In this document: positions 51,042-64,000 of the stretch, one piece after another
Numbering within the stretch: the first letter of the stretch is position 1
Layout of the letters: each line of letters begins with the position of its first letter
DNA from: Antedon mediterranea
Lineage: Eukaryota; Animalia; Echinodermata
Assembly (NCBI RefSeq): GCF_964355755.1
Contig: NC_092671.1
Span: 18,414,001-18,478,000 of the forward strand
DNA length: 64,000 nt
Direction of reading: 5' to 3'
Made by a program: the position numbers and the translations under genes
The notes under the pieces: model-generated
Told to the model about the DNA's origin: nothing
Database searches by the model: none
The model's input: only the letters and a program-made list of their open reading frames with translations

Positions 51042-54000
51042 CACAGCAAAATTTGAAATTCTAAGCAAGAAAAAAAAATCTTGTTTTAAGAAAAATTTCT
51101 TAAAATAAGTATTTTTTTTCTTGTCAAGATTTAAAATTACTTAACAGGTTCGTAAATAACAATTATATTTTAATCTGCCAGCAGTCTAGGCCTAGCCTAG
51201 GCCTCCTTCCTAGTTAGTAATACTGTAGGCCTGGAACTAGTAGGTCTAGGCTAGCCTACTATGCCTGTACTGACAGGTGTATAGGTTTAGCTTAGCATTT
51301 TAGTTCAGACATTGACAGAGGGGACAAATATTGTCGGACCTATTTCAGCTAGGTATAAGGAAGGCCTAATATTAATAATAGATAATATAATTATAATGTA
51401 ACAGTTATTTTGTAATGTAGCCATGAAATATCTACGAAGGATTATATTATATACACATATTCCAATGAGAAATATAATGACATTTAAAAACACTTCTTTA
51501 TATTTAATTAATTGTACACACTAAGTGATCACATCGATATTGAAACTTAATGTTTTTAACTCTAAATTTAAAAAAAACATACTAAATAACATACGTACTG
51601 CATAACTAAAATTGTTATATTAAATTTCTTTTAAAAAAAACTGTGTTATTAATACAATATCTTAAATTATTTTTTAGGTAATTGAAGAAGTTCGAAGGAT
51701 ACTTATTACTTGGCAAAGAGGAATGAAAAACAAAAGAAATCTTTTTAAAAAAGTGCTTAGCAAATTTTTCCAAAGAAGTGAATAATATAGTTTATTTTGG
51801 TAAGTACAGTGTATGTTTTTGTACTTTTATCTATTCATAAATAGTTTTATAATGGACCAATGGTAGTGAGGAAAATACGTGTACATATTGTGTACGTATT
51901 TTTAACAGCTTGGTTTGACTCAAGCTAGTGTCATGCACTCCTCCCTTTGACAACTAAAATTAAATAAATGACTTATGAATATTAATTTTTGACAGATTAA
52001 TGCTCTCCTGGCCAGCCCACTCTTTCCCCTTCCTTTTACCTTGACTACCTACAAAACTGCAGGCTACATTAACAATTTGAGCTACAGTATATCAAGTTTA
52101 TGTCCATACATTATTCCACTCATTTAAATAAATTTATATAATATAATGTTTTCAATTTGTTATTTTTGGTTAGGTTCAAAGATAACCCATATGTTGTCAA
52201 ATCTGTCAAACATATTTGTTGGGAAAAACTCATCCAAAAAAGTCTGCCGACCTTGAAGGTATTTAGTGTTTTTTTAAATTTAAAATACAAGTAATATTAT
52301 GTACATTTTAAAAAAGTATCTTAAAGTGTTTTTTTTTAAATCAAATTTATCTTAGCTTAAAATTCGAGGTATATAGACCTACTATGTTTACAATAATTTA
52401 TTAAAATCAAACAATTAAACAAAATTTACATTTAATTGTATGATTGTTATTATAAACATTGATACGGAATAAAAACATCAATCAGGATTGAGCACCGTTT
52501 TGCGTATTGTCTTCCTAAATAGTAATATTACAAATAAATTTAGACCCTAATAATTTATCTAAAAATAATAGATACAGCCAGGCCTGTCTTTTGGATCGGT
52601 ATAAACAGGGCAAAGAAAAAGTTCAAATGCATATTCCACCCACCCTTATGTCTTATAATGTAAAATTATTCTTACCACCGTTCTAATATTGCGTCATGTT
52701 TTTGTGTTTACCGCCCCAGATATAGGACTCTAAAACCACACCGTACCCAATTAGTTGATGATGTTACACATATTTTAAATACAGTAATAACTAAAACTAT
52801 ATTAATCTCTTTTCATGTTTAGGAACATGAATAAAGATCCAGAATCCTGGTCTTCACGCCGACCAGGTAATATGCCGGTATTGCTTTTGGACACAGAAAT
52901 GGCCTACATTAAAGTTGAGCAAACAATTCTAACTGCAAAGAAAGCAAAATTAGATGAGGCTCTAGTTACTCTCCTCTCCACTTTTTACCTTCTGGATTTC
53001 GATTATCCAAAATGAAAAGAAGTATCCTTTAACAGTTAGTGATTTGTGATGAAGACACACCTGTACACTTGACAAAGGCTGTTGAATCATCATTAGTATA
53101 CATTAATAAATTTAAAGACACCTAATAGTTTAAAGCCCAGGTGCGGGAGAAGAATTTTACGAAATTTGTATTTTACCATTTTAATGTTTTTAAGTTTTCT
53201 TTTGATGGCATTTTATTATTAATAAAAACAAGTTTGTTTTAAAGAAGTTGTATATATTATTGTACCTAATGTCATGTAAATTGTAGTTCTTAATGAAAAT
53301 AACAGTATTGTTAATACATATTATGTTTTATAACATTCTTGAATTTATTTGTTTAATAAGTAAAATATTACTTAAAATGAGTATTCATTTATCGTTCTTA
53401 AAATACATTTTTAATGATTTATATTTTATAGAATTCTTGTTTCAAGCAATTTTTTCCCAATATAAGTAAGAATTTACGAATTTTAATTTGATAGAATTCT
53501 TGTTTCAAGCAATACTTTTCTTAAAATAAGTAAACATTTACTGGTTTTTATTCGATAGACTTCTTGTTTACTTATTTTTAAAAAAGTTTTGCTTGAAACA
53601 AGAATTCTACAAATAAAAATCGGAATATTCTTACTTATTTTAAGAAATATATTGCTTGAAACAAGAAAACTAAAAATATAAATCGGAATATTCTTACTTA
53701 TTTTAAGAAAAATATTGCTTAAAACAAGAATTCAAAAAATAAAAATCGGAATATTCTTACTTATTTTAAGAAAAATATTGCTTGAAACAAGAATTCAAAA
53801 AATACAAATCGGAATATTCTTACTTTTTTTAAGAAAAATATTGCTTGAAACAAGAATTCAAAAAATACAAATCGGAATATTCTTACTTATTTTAAGAAAA
53901 ATATTGCTTGAAACAAGAATTCAAAAAATAAAAATCGGAATATTCTTACTTATTTTAAGAAATATCTTGCTTGAAACAAGAATTCAAAAAAATACAAATC

Positions 54001-54589
54001 GGAATATTCTTACTTATTTTAAGAAATATATTGCTTGAAACAAGAATTCTATAAAATACAAATCGGAATATTCTTACTTATTTTAAGAAATATCTTGCTT
54101 GAAACAAGAATTCAAAAAAATACAAATCGGAATATTCTTACTTATTTTAAGAAATATATTGCTTGAAACAAGAATTCTATAAAATACAAATCGGAATATT
54201 CTTACTTATTTTAAGAAATATCTTGCTTGAAACAAGAATTCAAAAAAATACAAATCGGAATATTCTTACTTAGGCTATTTTAAGAAAAATATTGCTTGAA
54301 ACAAGAATTCTATTTTAAAAAATCGATAAATTGTTACTTATTTTAAGGCAGATACTGCTTAAAACAAGAATGAAAAAACAATTAAATTCTTGGTAAGAAT
54401 ATTGTTCTTAAAGTATTATTTCTTGGTAAGAATAATTTTCTTGATAAGAATTTGTGTGATTCTTGTTAGGAATTTTACGATTCTTGGTAAGCAAAAAAGT
54501 ATTGAAATACGGACAAGTCAAAATTTACTTGTTTCAAGAAATGAAACAAGTTTTTTTTTTCTTAAAACAAGAATCAGAATTTTGCTGTG
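51042..54589. mobile_element. Non-autonomous CACTA/EnSpm transposon, copy 2 (internal deletion derivative)
   Basis: Same TIRs, 2-bp TSD TG; lacks the equivalent of 29670..32515; ORF 52815..53015 is the second-gene last exon; ~11 copies of the 63-bp unit at 53589..54310. Confidence 0.9.
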
Positions 54590-55381
54590 TGATTAAATTT
54601 TGAAAAAAAACCACCTTTTAATCACCAAATAATATTTTATATTCGCGTACATTATTTCGTATACTTATGTGCGTACGTATTGTGTCTATGCTTAAATTTA
54701 ATGTAGTAATAAAATAGATAATGTATCTTGATAATACATTGTAATAATAGTTAATTATTATCGGGCTTATCATATCTTAATTGTGTTTTACTAAGGCAAG
54801 AAAGGCGTATCATTTTGGTCACGTGAACATCGTAAGATGTGACAGTCCGATACGGAATCAAGGGACTGATAAGTAGGTGAAAATTGGTCACAAAAGATCG
54901 CTTAAAAAAAAAACACCATCCTAAACGGTCCGTATATAACATATACATTTGGAATCAGCGGCCTACAATGGTATATACTAAATGGATCCGACAAATTTCC
55001 AAGCCGGATGATACCCATCTAATTTCCTCCTGGTCTATATCGTCCCGGACTCATTCTCAGGTGTGCTTCCCTCGATTCCCGACGATTTGTCTGGGATTAC
55101 CTAATGAAAGACGAGTATCTCCCCGAGAACGGCTCATCTTGCCATACGTTACTTGTTCGTGAGTTTATAGTACTCAAAGGTTGAACAGGGGAATAAATGT
55201 GACGTTTATGTGCCAAATCACACATATGGAAATTATAGTTTTCTTTTGTAAATCCTGGGTGGCGAATTTGAAAAACTATATTTTATTTTCTATTCAGAGA
55301 TTAGGGTTCCACGGTCCTCAAACTTGTTGGGTGGGTGGAAATCGGTATTTAGGTTAGTCCTCAGGGTCATATTTTAAGGAA

Positions 55382-55670
55382 GGAAAACAATCACGAGGAT
55401 AGGGTGAGTGTAAATCCGATATCGAAGATCATGCGATGTCAAAGGTAATGGTAAAATTTGATCGATCCAATCGATCTGAAACTTGGGTAATGTCTTCAAA
55501 CTTGACAGCAAAAAAGGTCAGGTCAAATCTCAAATTCGAGTTGAAACTTGGGGAAAACAATCCTGAGGCTAGGGTGACTATGTTTCCGATATCAAGGAGG
55601 GTGCCAACCAAGGTCATGGTAACATTTAAAAATTGCTCAGATCGAACTGAAACTTGGGTCTTCAAACTCC
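55382..55670. repeat. Diverged ~170-bp tandem duplication, probably internal to an unclassified DNA transposon
   Basis: ggaaaacaatc..gagg.tagggtga..tccgatatc..aaggt.atggtaa..ctgaaacttgggt..cttcaaac occurs twice. Confidence 0.6.
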
Positions 55671-55947
55671 GTGACTGAATGAGTTATGTATGGATGTTTT
55701 ATCGATATTACATCTCCGTAATTGTTGTCAAAGTTCACAAAAGTCATGTGACTGGATTTATGTTCTATATGAACATAGTATCGTTTATATTTTCTAATTA
55801 TTTTCAAGTCTATAGTTTCAGAAGAAATTTAAAAATCTATACTGCTAAAGAAAATTATGGAAATACATGGTGCATTATAAATTAAAGCAGAAATTACCAT
55901 TTTCATAGTACACATCGTGTTACATTGTTGAGGTGCTTGTTTGAGGC

Positions 55948-56537
55948 AAATCTTTCAAATTGTGATAACATTCTAAAACTTGGCACTGCTATTCATTGGT
56001 GTATCAAAAATATAACATGGAAGGGTTGCCCAAAATTTGGTCAGTTGAAAACGGCCATTTTGGGTTTAAAAATCAATCCACACTATGTGTATCAATAACA
56101 AATTACTACCATAGAGCCACAACCAAGGCAGAAACCATGTTTGAAAAAACAATATAGGCACCACTAAAGGAGTACGTAAAGAACCGGTAAGGGAAAATAT
56201 TATATCAAGCAGTTAATTGCACAATGAAAACCAATTGAATGCTGATATCAATGTTATTATCCATAACATTAAATTAGATGTTGATCTTTTGACCATAATT
56301 GGTCACGTGACTTTTTTATTGCAAAATTACTGTGTAACTACTTTTGTATTATGGGTGTAATGGAATAAAATGATATATTCTCTTTCCAATGACAATGGAT
56401 GCCTATGTTTCAGGGTGCAATGTTTTGGCCATTTTGAAATCCAAAATGGCTGCTTTCCCCTGCCCTTCCATTCTATTTTTGTATATACCCTTACAACTGT
56501 GTCAAATTTCAGAATGTTATCACAATTTGAAGGATTG
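55948..56537. mobile_element. MITE-like element with diverged terminal inverted repeats
   Basis: ttcaaattgtgataacattctaaaacttggcac is inverted as gtgtcaaatttcagaatgttatcacaatttgaa. Confidence 0.55.
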
Positions 56538-57887
56538 GTTCCCTTTAACTAGCCTACACGAATAATATTATGAGAACGTCAATATTACACATCAAGTGAC
56601 CACCTTGCTTTATATTTCACCTTAAAAACTGACCGGGTCACATAAATACTTGTATTCCTTCTTGATTTTAATCTCTTTCATTTTTAAATTAAGTAAACAT
56701 TTAATTTCAGAGTTGACACTAAATCTTCTACTCTTATTGCCATTTAATGTAGGCCTACATCCGATTTTATTTAAAGAATATAAACATTTCTATGTGACGA
56801 AAATTTGAATATTTTAACATGCTGAATCCTATAAGGTGGTGATTAAGTTAATTTTGAAATGGTTACTTAAATCATACGTGATTTTAAAACTTTGAACTAC
56901 TTTTTACCGGATGATCCAACAACTCGCAATTATATTAAACCATCTTCGTATTTCGATTATATTTAGATAGCAACGTTAATAATTGCTTGCTTCATCAATA
57001 CAAATATAATATGGGAAACGCAAAGATACAGCTATGATTTAGTTTTAAATTGTTTCCATTTAGCCTTTCTTCATTAAAATTACATTTTGGAAATATAAAT
57101 GTACGATATAAATGTAATATAATGGCTGTCAATATATTTATAGATTTCAACATAGCTGTAGGTTTTCTGATTATGTAACTACGTTAAACGCATTTATATT
57201 TTTAAGCCTTGCGTTGGTAATTCTTGGTTATCTAGCAACGCTTTATATGGTTATGTTAATTTGTTATTATTAATAATAAACATGCGTCAAGCATTATTTA
57301 AAAAATTACAAACATCACAAAATATTGATTTTCAATAACATTTTCAATACATCAATGGAGCTATTTCAGAGGCGGAAGATGAAGACCATGGTTCTAATCA
57401 AGGAAGAATGAGCCTTTTAGGGGAAGCGTTTATTCGGAGGAGGGTTTAATATGTTATAAAATAAATACCCCTATAATACTAGATATGAAAAAAATACAAC
57501 ACAATTAATATTAGGAAGTGATAAAATATAATAAAAATTGTATCAAGATGCTTGGTAAATCGTGGACCATGTCAATTAATGAATTCTACTATACAAATAT
57601 AATGTGTTGTAATAATATAGTGTGTGTGATACTGTATGTATGTGGCGGGGCGTTTATTTCAAATGATATTCTATGTGAGCGTTTATTTCAAATGATGTTT
57701 TATGTGGGTGTTTATTCGAATAAATACGAAATTTTCTTACCTGGTTTTAGAGGTAATAAACAGTGTTCAACAGAAACAAATACCGTGTGTTTACCTCAGC
57801 CAAGGAATAATAAGGTCAATTACATAATATTATACTTTCACACCAAAACTCCAAATTGACCATTCAAAACATCGAGAAACTCCGGGT

Positions 57888-58339
57888 ATACCGTTTCACA
57901 CCAACCAAGCAACACCGGGTTTATAAAATAAAATTGTAAATGTCGAGCTCTATTTTGTTTGTTTACATAGCGACTATCAATAGAATCATTTTAGGTGATA
58001 TTTTTTTAATTTAATCATTATTTTCAAAAGTCTCAGAAGTCATATAATGTTTTATTCATACTATTTATTATTTTCTAGACCCGCTATATATTTTTACAAA
58101 TATTTTAAGTTTTTTTAAATAATACTAAAGCAATGAGTGATCGTGTGAGGATGACCTTTTGACCTAAAAACTCCGGAGTTTGATGTTGGTACCTTTTACA
58201 CCAAAACACCGGGGTGTCCCAGTAGTTCGCTCTCCGGAGAATGTTCAGCTGTTTTAAACTTCGGAGTTGCTTGATTTTACCTTTCACACTAAAACACCTG
58301 AGTGTCTCCGGAGTTTTGCTTTTGGTGTGAAAGGGGTAT
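57888..58339. mobile_element. MITE, possibly PIF/Harbinger-like
   Basis: atacc(g)tttcacaccaa ... ttggtgtgaaaggggtat termini; internal repeats of tttcacac.aaaacacc / ctccggag. Confidence 0.5.
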
Positions 58340-58874
58340 AGTTTAATAATCTAAATGGCATCGTTAGATGACGATGCTGTTCACATTATTATTATTATTA
58401 TTTTAATTATTAATAATTTTATTATTATTTCTGGGCTTCAATATAATTTAAATCGACGATTATTATTAAAGCTATTAGTTTAAAATCGATTATGATGTTT
58501 TAAAGATGTAACTACTTTTACAAAATCCATTAAAATATCTATAAAATGCAACGCAAACTGGTGATTATCGGTATAATATACGTTACCAAACCAACAAATG
58601 AGTATTTCAAATTGGATTTAATATTTATACATGGTATGCTATTCTATTCAATTGAGATATCGTGTGTCGCAAACGATCAATATTTAGAGAAAATATGCAA
58701 TAAAGAAAAGCCATGAAAGTTGGCAATGATTATTGTTATATAGAGTAGTGTAATTTAATACAGATCTATAATTAGAGATTTGCGAGGGCTGATCTAATAA
58801 CAGATTGTGAGTGTTACTGTTTAACATTTTGATGTAGAATAAGGTACAATGACGTTGTAAAACTTAGATGGTTC

Positions 58875-59290
58875 GGTTTGACTTTTATACTGCAGGCTTA
58901 AATGTATCAACACTGCCAAAAAACAGATTGTTACTGTAAATTTTGGGTCTGTTTGTAAGACAAGGTGTGACTTGTTATCTGCTATAGTTTAAACGTATAC
59001 ACACTGGCAGAAGAAGATTGTTACTGTAACTCTTGTGACTGTTTGTAAGACAAGTTGTGACTTTTATTTGCAGGCTTAAACGTATACACACTGGCAGAAG
59101 AAGATTGTTACTGTAAATCTTGGAATTGTTTGTGAGACAAGTTGTGACTTGTATCTGCAATCTTAAACGTACACACACTGCAGAAAACAGACAGTTACTG
59201 TAAATCTTGTTGGTAGATACGGTTTGACCAGGGACTCTTCCCTGCTTTGACGTATATTGTAAGTTAGTACTTGTAACACTGCCAGAAAGC
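58875..59290. repeat. ~87-bp tandem repeat, ~4.5 diverged units
   Basis: acactggcagaagaagattgttactgtaa..gtttgtaagacaagttgtgact repeated; 29-codon period in ORF 58975..59292. Confidence 0.8.
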
Positions 59291-61089
59291 ACTGTTACTC
59301 ATGCGAATCTTGTACTGTTCATAAAGGTCTTTATTTGAATGAATACGTAAGTATACAGTACTTTATCGAAATTATACATACATTATATCATTGAGACATT
59401 CTTGGATTTTAAAATATACAGTTATAACGTTTTAGTTATGCAACACAATGTACTAATTCATTTAAGAATATATCTACTTATTAACTTTCTTTTTTCTCTA
59501 ACCGAAAACATAGTTAAAATTGGAAGAAAGATGTCCAATTGAATATTAGTGGCGTATATCCCAGGAGGCTATAATTTTGTATTCCTTTCCTAAACTTGTT
59601 CAGTCGTCAAGAAAAGATTAAGACTTAAAGACCCATTCCCTACAATGTTTGACATTTTGTAAAAATAATTCATATACTATAAAAACATTAAAGTAATTTC
59701 TTGTCTTAATTGTACGTTTTATGGTAAATTATGATAAAAAGCGAGAACTCGCGGTGAATGTCCTCTCATGGTCACGGTCTTAGGCATAGCCTAGGCTTAG
59801 TTTGTAGGCCTAGCTGGTAATCAGCAGTAACGTACGAATATCGTACGCTAGCTAAAAAAGACCTAGTTACTGCATTAATTGTCTTTCTGTTTTTGCCAGT
59901 ATAGTCCAGTCAATCTAGTGATATTTAGAGGTAAACCCACCACAAATTGCAATAGTAACGAAACATTGATTTTTTCATTCCAAATGTACTTTAGAATGAC
60001 ATATTAAAAGTCACCGAAAATTGAAGCATTGGAACACATTATTTTTTACGTAATCTCAACAACTATATAGCGATTTTATTCCGTAAATATTTTTGGGGTA
60101 GGGGGTAACATTTATGCCCATAACTTGTGGTTTTATAATCCAATCTCAATAATCTTGATATCAATATGTAGAATATATATGTCTTTCTAATATGCAATTT
60201 AAAAAACCAAAATACAACACCTATTTATATAACTAGAGGTCAAAAGGTTATTGAGCTTTTACAAAAACTAATTTTTTTCCATAAAAAAATGATTAACTTT
60301 AATATCGTATGCCATAATTGTGGATGCATTTAATCAAAATTGTGTTTTTTCCGTACCTATCGATATATAAAATAGGAAACATGATGTTAACTAGAAGAAT
60401 TTTAAAAGTAATGATGTACTATTCTTATTGAAATTGATTCTTGATCAAATGTTATGTAAACAATTTTGTGGTAGGGGGTAGCGTTTATGCCTATAATCCA
60501 TTGTTTTATAACCATATCTAAATAGCTTTAGTACCAATGTGTATAGTATATATATCCTAATAATATACATTAAAAAAACAATTAATACAACAGTTATACG
60601 TAACTAGAGGTCAAAAGGTCATTGACCTTTTACAAAAACTCAAATTTTTCCTAACAAAATTATTATCTGCAATGTCTTATTCCATAATTGCCGATGCATT
60701 TGATGAAACTTGTGTTTAGAGGTAACATTTATGCCTGCCAATAAAATCTAAATAACTACAAATGTGTATAATATGTATTTCTTACTCTAAAAACTAATTG
60801 ATACAACAGTTGTTATGTAACTATAGAGGTCAGTGACCTTTTACGAAAACTCAAATTTTCTTAAAATAGCGTAAAACTAAATTATGTTTTTAATTATATA
60901 TTGGAAGTATTTGGTGCAAATAATGTTTTTCCTGTACCTATTGTATCGTCATGAAATAGGAAAAATGATGCTAGCTAGAAGAACATTGAAATTCATTAGC
61001 GGTATGTACTATTGCTGATTAATTAATGAGTCTTGATAATTTGGAATCAACTCATGATTTACTATTGATAGATTTTTGATGATTTTAGT

Positions 61090-61955
61090 ATCAACGAATG
61101 TACGTAATGACAAGTATTGGATCTCCCCAGGGTTGCGTCCTCTCTCCTCTCCTGTATATTATATACACGGATGACTGTCGCAGCAAACAGGACAATAGTC
61201 ATCTTGTCAAATTTGCTGACGACACTGTCTTGCTGTCTCTCCTTAAAAATTCACAGGACGGCCATGGTTCCGCATTAGATGGAAGTCAATGTGACCAAAA
61301 CCAAGGAGATGATTGTAGATTTTAGGAAGGAGAAAGGACGCAGCCCTATGGTATCCCTCATAAATGACGAACCAGCAAAATTGTCCATTCCTTTAAATAC
61401 CTAGGACAATCTCAGCTGAAAATTAAATACAGAGGCAATAGTAAAGAAAGGGCACCAGAGACTTTATCTGTTAAGGAAGCTGAACCATTTTAATGTCGAT
61501 AAAGTCATCCTCAGGTTTTTTTTTATAATTCCTTTATTGAGAACGTTTGAACTGTTTTACTTTATATGCTGGTTTTTTAGTCTTAGGGTCAAAAAGAGAG
61601 ACTCACTACAAAGAATTGTTAATTTAAGTTCTAAATTAATAGGTTGTCAACTTCGTAGCTTATCTTTCTTCTGTGACATGCAAACTCTAGAAAAAAGTAG
61701 AGCTATTCTAAAAAATTTTAACCATGCTTTGTTCAGTGATTTCGAGCTCATGCCTCATAGGCGTCGCTTTCGATGCCTGGCATGTAGAACACACCGTAAC
61801 AGAAATTCTGTTTTGCCAGTTGCCACCCGACTCTTAAATTCTTGAACTTTGACTCTTGTTATATTGTACTGTGTATTGTGATATTTTTGTATATTTTGTA
61901 AGATCATTTTAATCCAGACCTTTTTATTTGAATTGCCCCGTATGGGATGATATTG
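61090..61955 (+). mobile_element. 5'-truncated Rex1/Babar-clade LINE (degenerate RT 3' half)
   Basis: GSPQGCVLSPLLYIIYTDDC, VKFADDT, NVTKTKEMIVDFRK, FKYLG, KKGHQRLYLLRKL, RNSVLPVATRLLN*. Confidence 0.8.
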
Positions 61956-61989
61956 TTTAATCCTTCAAATAGAAAATCAGTATCACTTT

Positions 61990-63700
61990 CTTGTTCGGGT
62001 ATCAGTACAGTGCAATGCCGTTGCATTCACCACATGTAGTTATAGTTACCCCTGAAGGCTTCAATGAGATTCAGGTGCTGGCTTTAAGTCTGTGTGTAGA
62101 GGAACCATGTTTCCATCATCTGATCTTCCATCCCCAATCTTCGGTACACATATCAACCCCACTCCATTGCTAAAAGATAACTTGAATTTGAACTTGAATA
62201 TTATGTTATGTACCTTGGTTGTGGTACGATTATGAAGTTATATATGCGAGGTTGTACTTGTAGATGGGATGGAGTCAAAGGCATTCCACGTTGTCCAGGT
62301 CGTCCATTGTACAGACACACTAAATCATTTTCTCTAGCAACCACAATGTCATCCTTTGTAGCTTGTTTGCATCTGAAGACTACAGCATAATGTCAGAAAT
62401 AAGTGCAATGACAAGCTTTTTTTAGAGCCACTTGTTTTCCAATTCCGAAAACTCTGTATATGTTTTGTCACCAGTATCGCATGAGCAAACAGAAGGTTAT
62501 CACAGATGTCTCTCAAAAGTACTGTTTGAACCAGTTTGAGTTTGATAGTCCAGCATCTCAGTTCCAGTCTAAAGAATATCACAAGATGTTTTAAATGTTT
62601 GATTGTAGAGGAGCACTAGATAGATCCGTGTCATTGGATAATGACAGCTGTTTTCCTGTTTGCTGATTCAATGGTTTTTTGTACTATCCGAAATAACATC
62701 TGCATCAGCAGCTGCATTCACTCATTGCCATTTTGTTCAAATACCGGTACTAATTACGAAGATTTATAAATTGTTGTTTGTTACAGAAAGTGATCCTATT
62801 TTGTGGAACATGTCACTGGTAAAATGTACAGGGATACTACCACCTGACCCGCCTTACCATGTGCGCCGTCTTTGGTGGATGAGCCGCTTTCATAATCATC
62901 AGAGACTATGATGGCAGATCGCATCATAAGTCTCTACACTATTCCATGGAATGCTGTGCAGTAGAGCACTACCATCTAGAATGTAGGCCTACTGGACATC
63001 ATTCAGTGAGTTGGATGTGTTAGACTATTCATTGTTTCAACATAGCATCATGTTGGTTTATTAGCTGAAAGTATTGTAAGTTGGTTGTTTCAAAAAGTGC
63101 TGGTGGATAACAAAGTTCATGTTCAAAAACTTCCTTGTTGTCACCTCGAGTCTCCTCTGGAACTGTAGGATCAATGCACACATATTTGCCATTATGTACT
63201 TTATTGGCAGAATCTTGAATACATTGCAAGACTTTCTGGCCTAACATCCGTCCAAAATATTCAATGCTTAATACCACATTGCCAATATTCCGAGTCACCT
63301 GCAGTAACTCCCGTGTCAATGGTATGAAGTCTCTGAGTCGTAACCAAATGGATTTGTCAATTGCTATTGTGTTCCTGACGTGTGGCCAAAGTTCTCATGT
63401 TGGCCGCTGCTGGAGTAACGCCCTGGTACTATTGCGAGGCATTACATTCAACGCAGATTTGGTCTGGATGTACTCATTCCTAAATCTATTTTCAAACCTC
63501 TGGTTTTCTTTGAGGCTTCTCATAGAAACCTTTTCAATCACCAGGTCTGTTGACAATCCAGCCCAGATGGTCCGAACGTCATACAACATGGAGGTCATTG
63601 TCAAACTGCTGTTGAACATCTTTGTATTTCTACTGGTTAAAAAATCGTTAAAATACTTACACATCCCAATATAAATACTGTAACCATGGCAACACAAATG
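61990..63700 (-). pseudogene. Academ(X)-like transposase C-terminal relic with XPG-like nuclease motifs
   Basis: WAGLSTDLVIE.V.MRSLK, HELC.YPPALFE, YILDGSALLHSIPW, ADADV, NDTDL, LLFAHAIL, DG.MVPLHTDLKPAPE, CGECNG; many frameshifts. Confidence 0.7.
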
Positions 63701-64000
63701 CCATCTGGAAAAAAAATGGAATGTAGATCATCCAGAAGCAACAGGAACAGGAACTCATCTGCATCTTGAGCTGGTCATGTGTATCGCTTTGGACTGAAAT
63801 GTTCACCCCACGGTATCCCTGTGTGTATACCATTGTTGTTTACAGCGAAAACAACATTTTTAGCCAATTGACACATTATGTTGTGTTTTTCCGCAAAAAT
63901 GACATGCTAAATAAAATGTTATGACTATAAGTTTGATATCACTGAATAGGAAATTTAATAAACTTTCGGATGACATAAATCACACTTGTATATAATGTAT

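Larger units (their letters stand above)
59902..64000 (-). mobile_element. Academ-like DNA transposon relic (runs past the window end)
   Basis: TAGTCCAGTC terminus at 59902, where the 59703 repeat copy stops; ~370-bp subterminal repeats at ~60099, 60472 and 60718; transposase relic at 61990-63700. Confidence 0.55.

Noticed and set aside
57370-57420. Possible exon after ttcag (purine-rich gaggcggaagatgaagacc)
   Set aside because: No convincing donor, partner exons or homology.
48254-59700. A third paralog of genes A/B
   Set aside because: I looked for the FLPRYFWY, CTWD and IGCIC coding signatures and saw none on either strand.

Overview
AT-rich eukaryotic (animal) genomic DNA with spliceosomal introns. 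The repeat content suggests a marine invertebrate, possibly an echinoderm, but that is inference. I find no prokaryotic features, rRNA or CRISPR array. The only host genes I can support are two tandem + strand paralogs with identical four-coding-exon structure. Gene A is join(5610..5679,6208..6603,7469..7864,9491..9669), 346 aa; gene B is join(25570..25639,26028..26423,27747..28358,38505..38683), 418 aa. Both encode type I membrane proteins: signal peptide, ~130-aa beta-rich domain resembling a divergent FAMeT-like module, a 6-Cys module I do not recognise, Thr-rich mucin stalk, TM helix, and a short tail ending KCET(R/T)M. The ORF track misses most of these exons. The rest is a dense transposon landscape. 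It includes a near full-length L2-type LINE with esterase ORF1 and a duplicated ORF1/ORF2 junction, two non-autonomous CACTA/EnSpm copies with 2-bp TSDs, and four Helitrons (one apparently nested in another). It also holds Helentron-type short elements, a Deu/Nin-type SINE, Penelope-like pieces with minimal hammerhead ribozymes mixed with a tRNA-like module at (TA)n, an Academ-like relic and a Rex1-like LINE. Short GGC/GGCC+TA insertions at TA sites recur across unrelated repeats and look like excision footprints. All family assignments are from motif recognition by eye; no searches were run.
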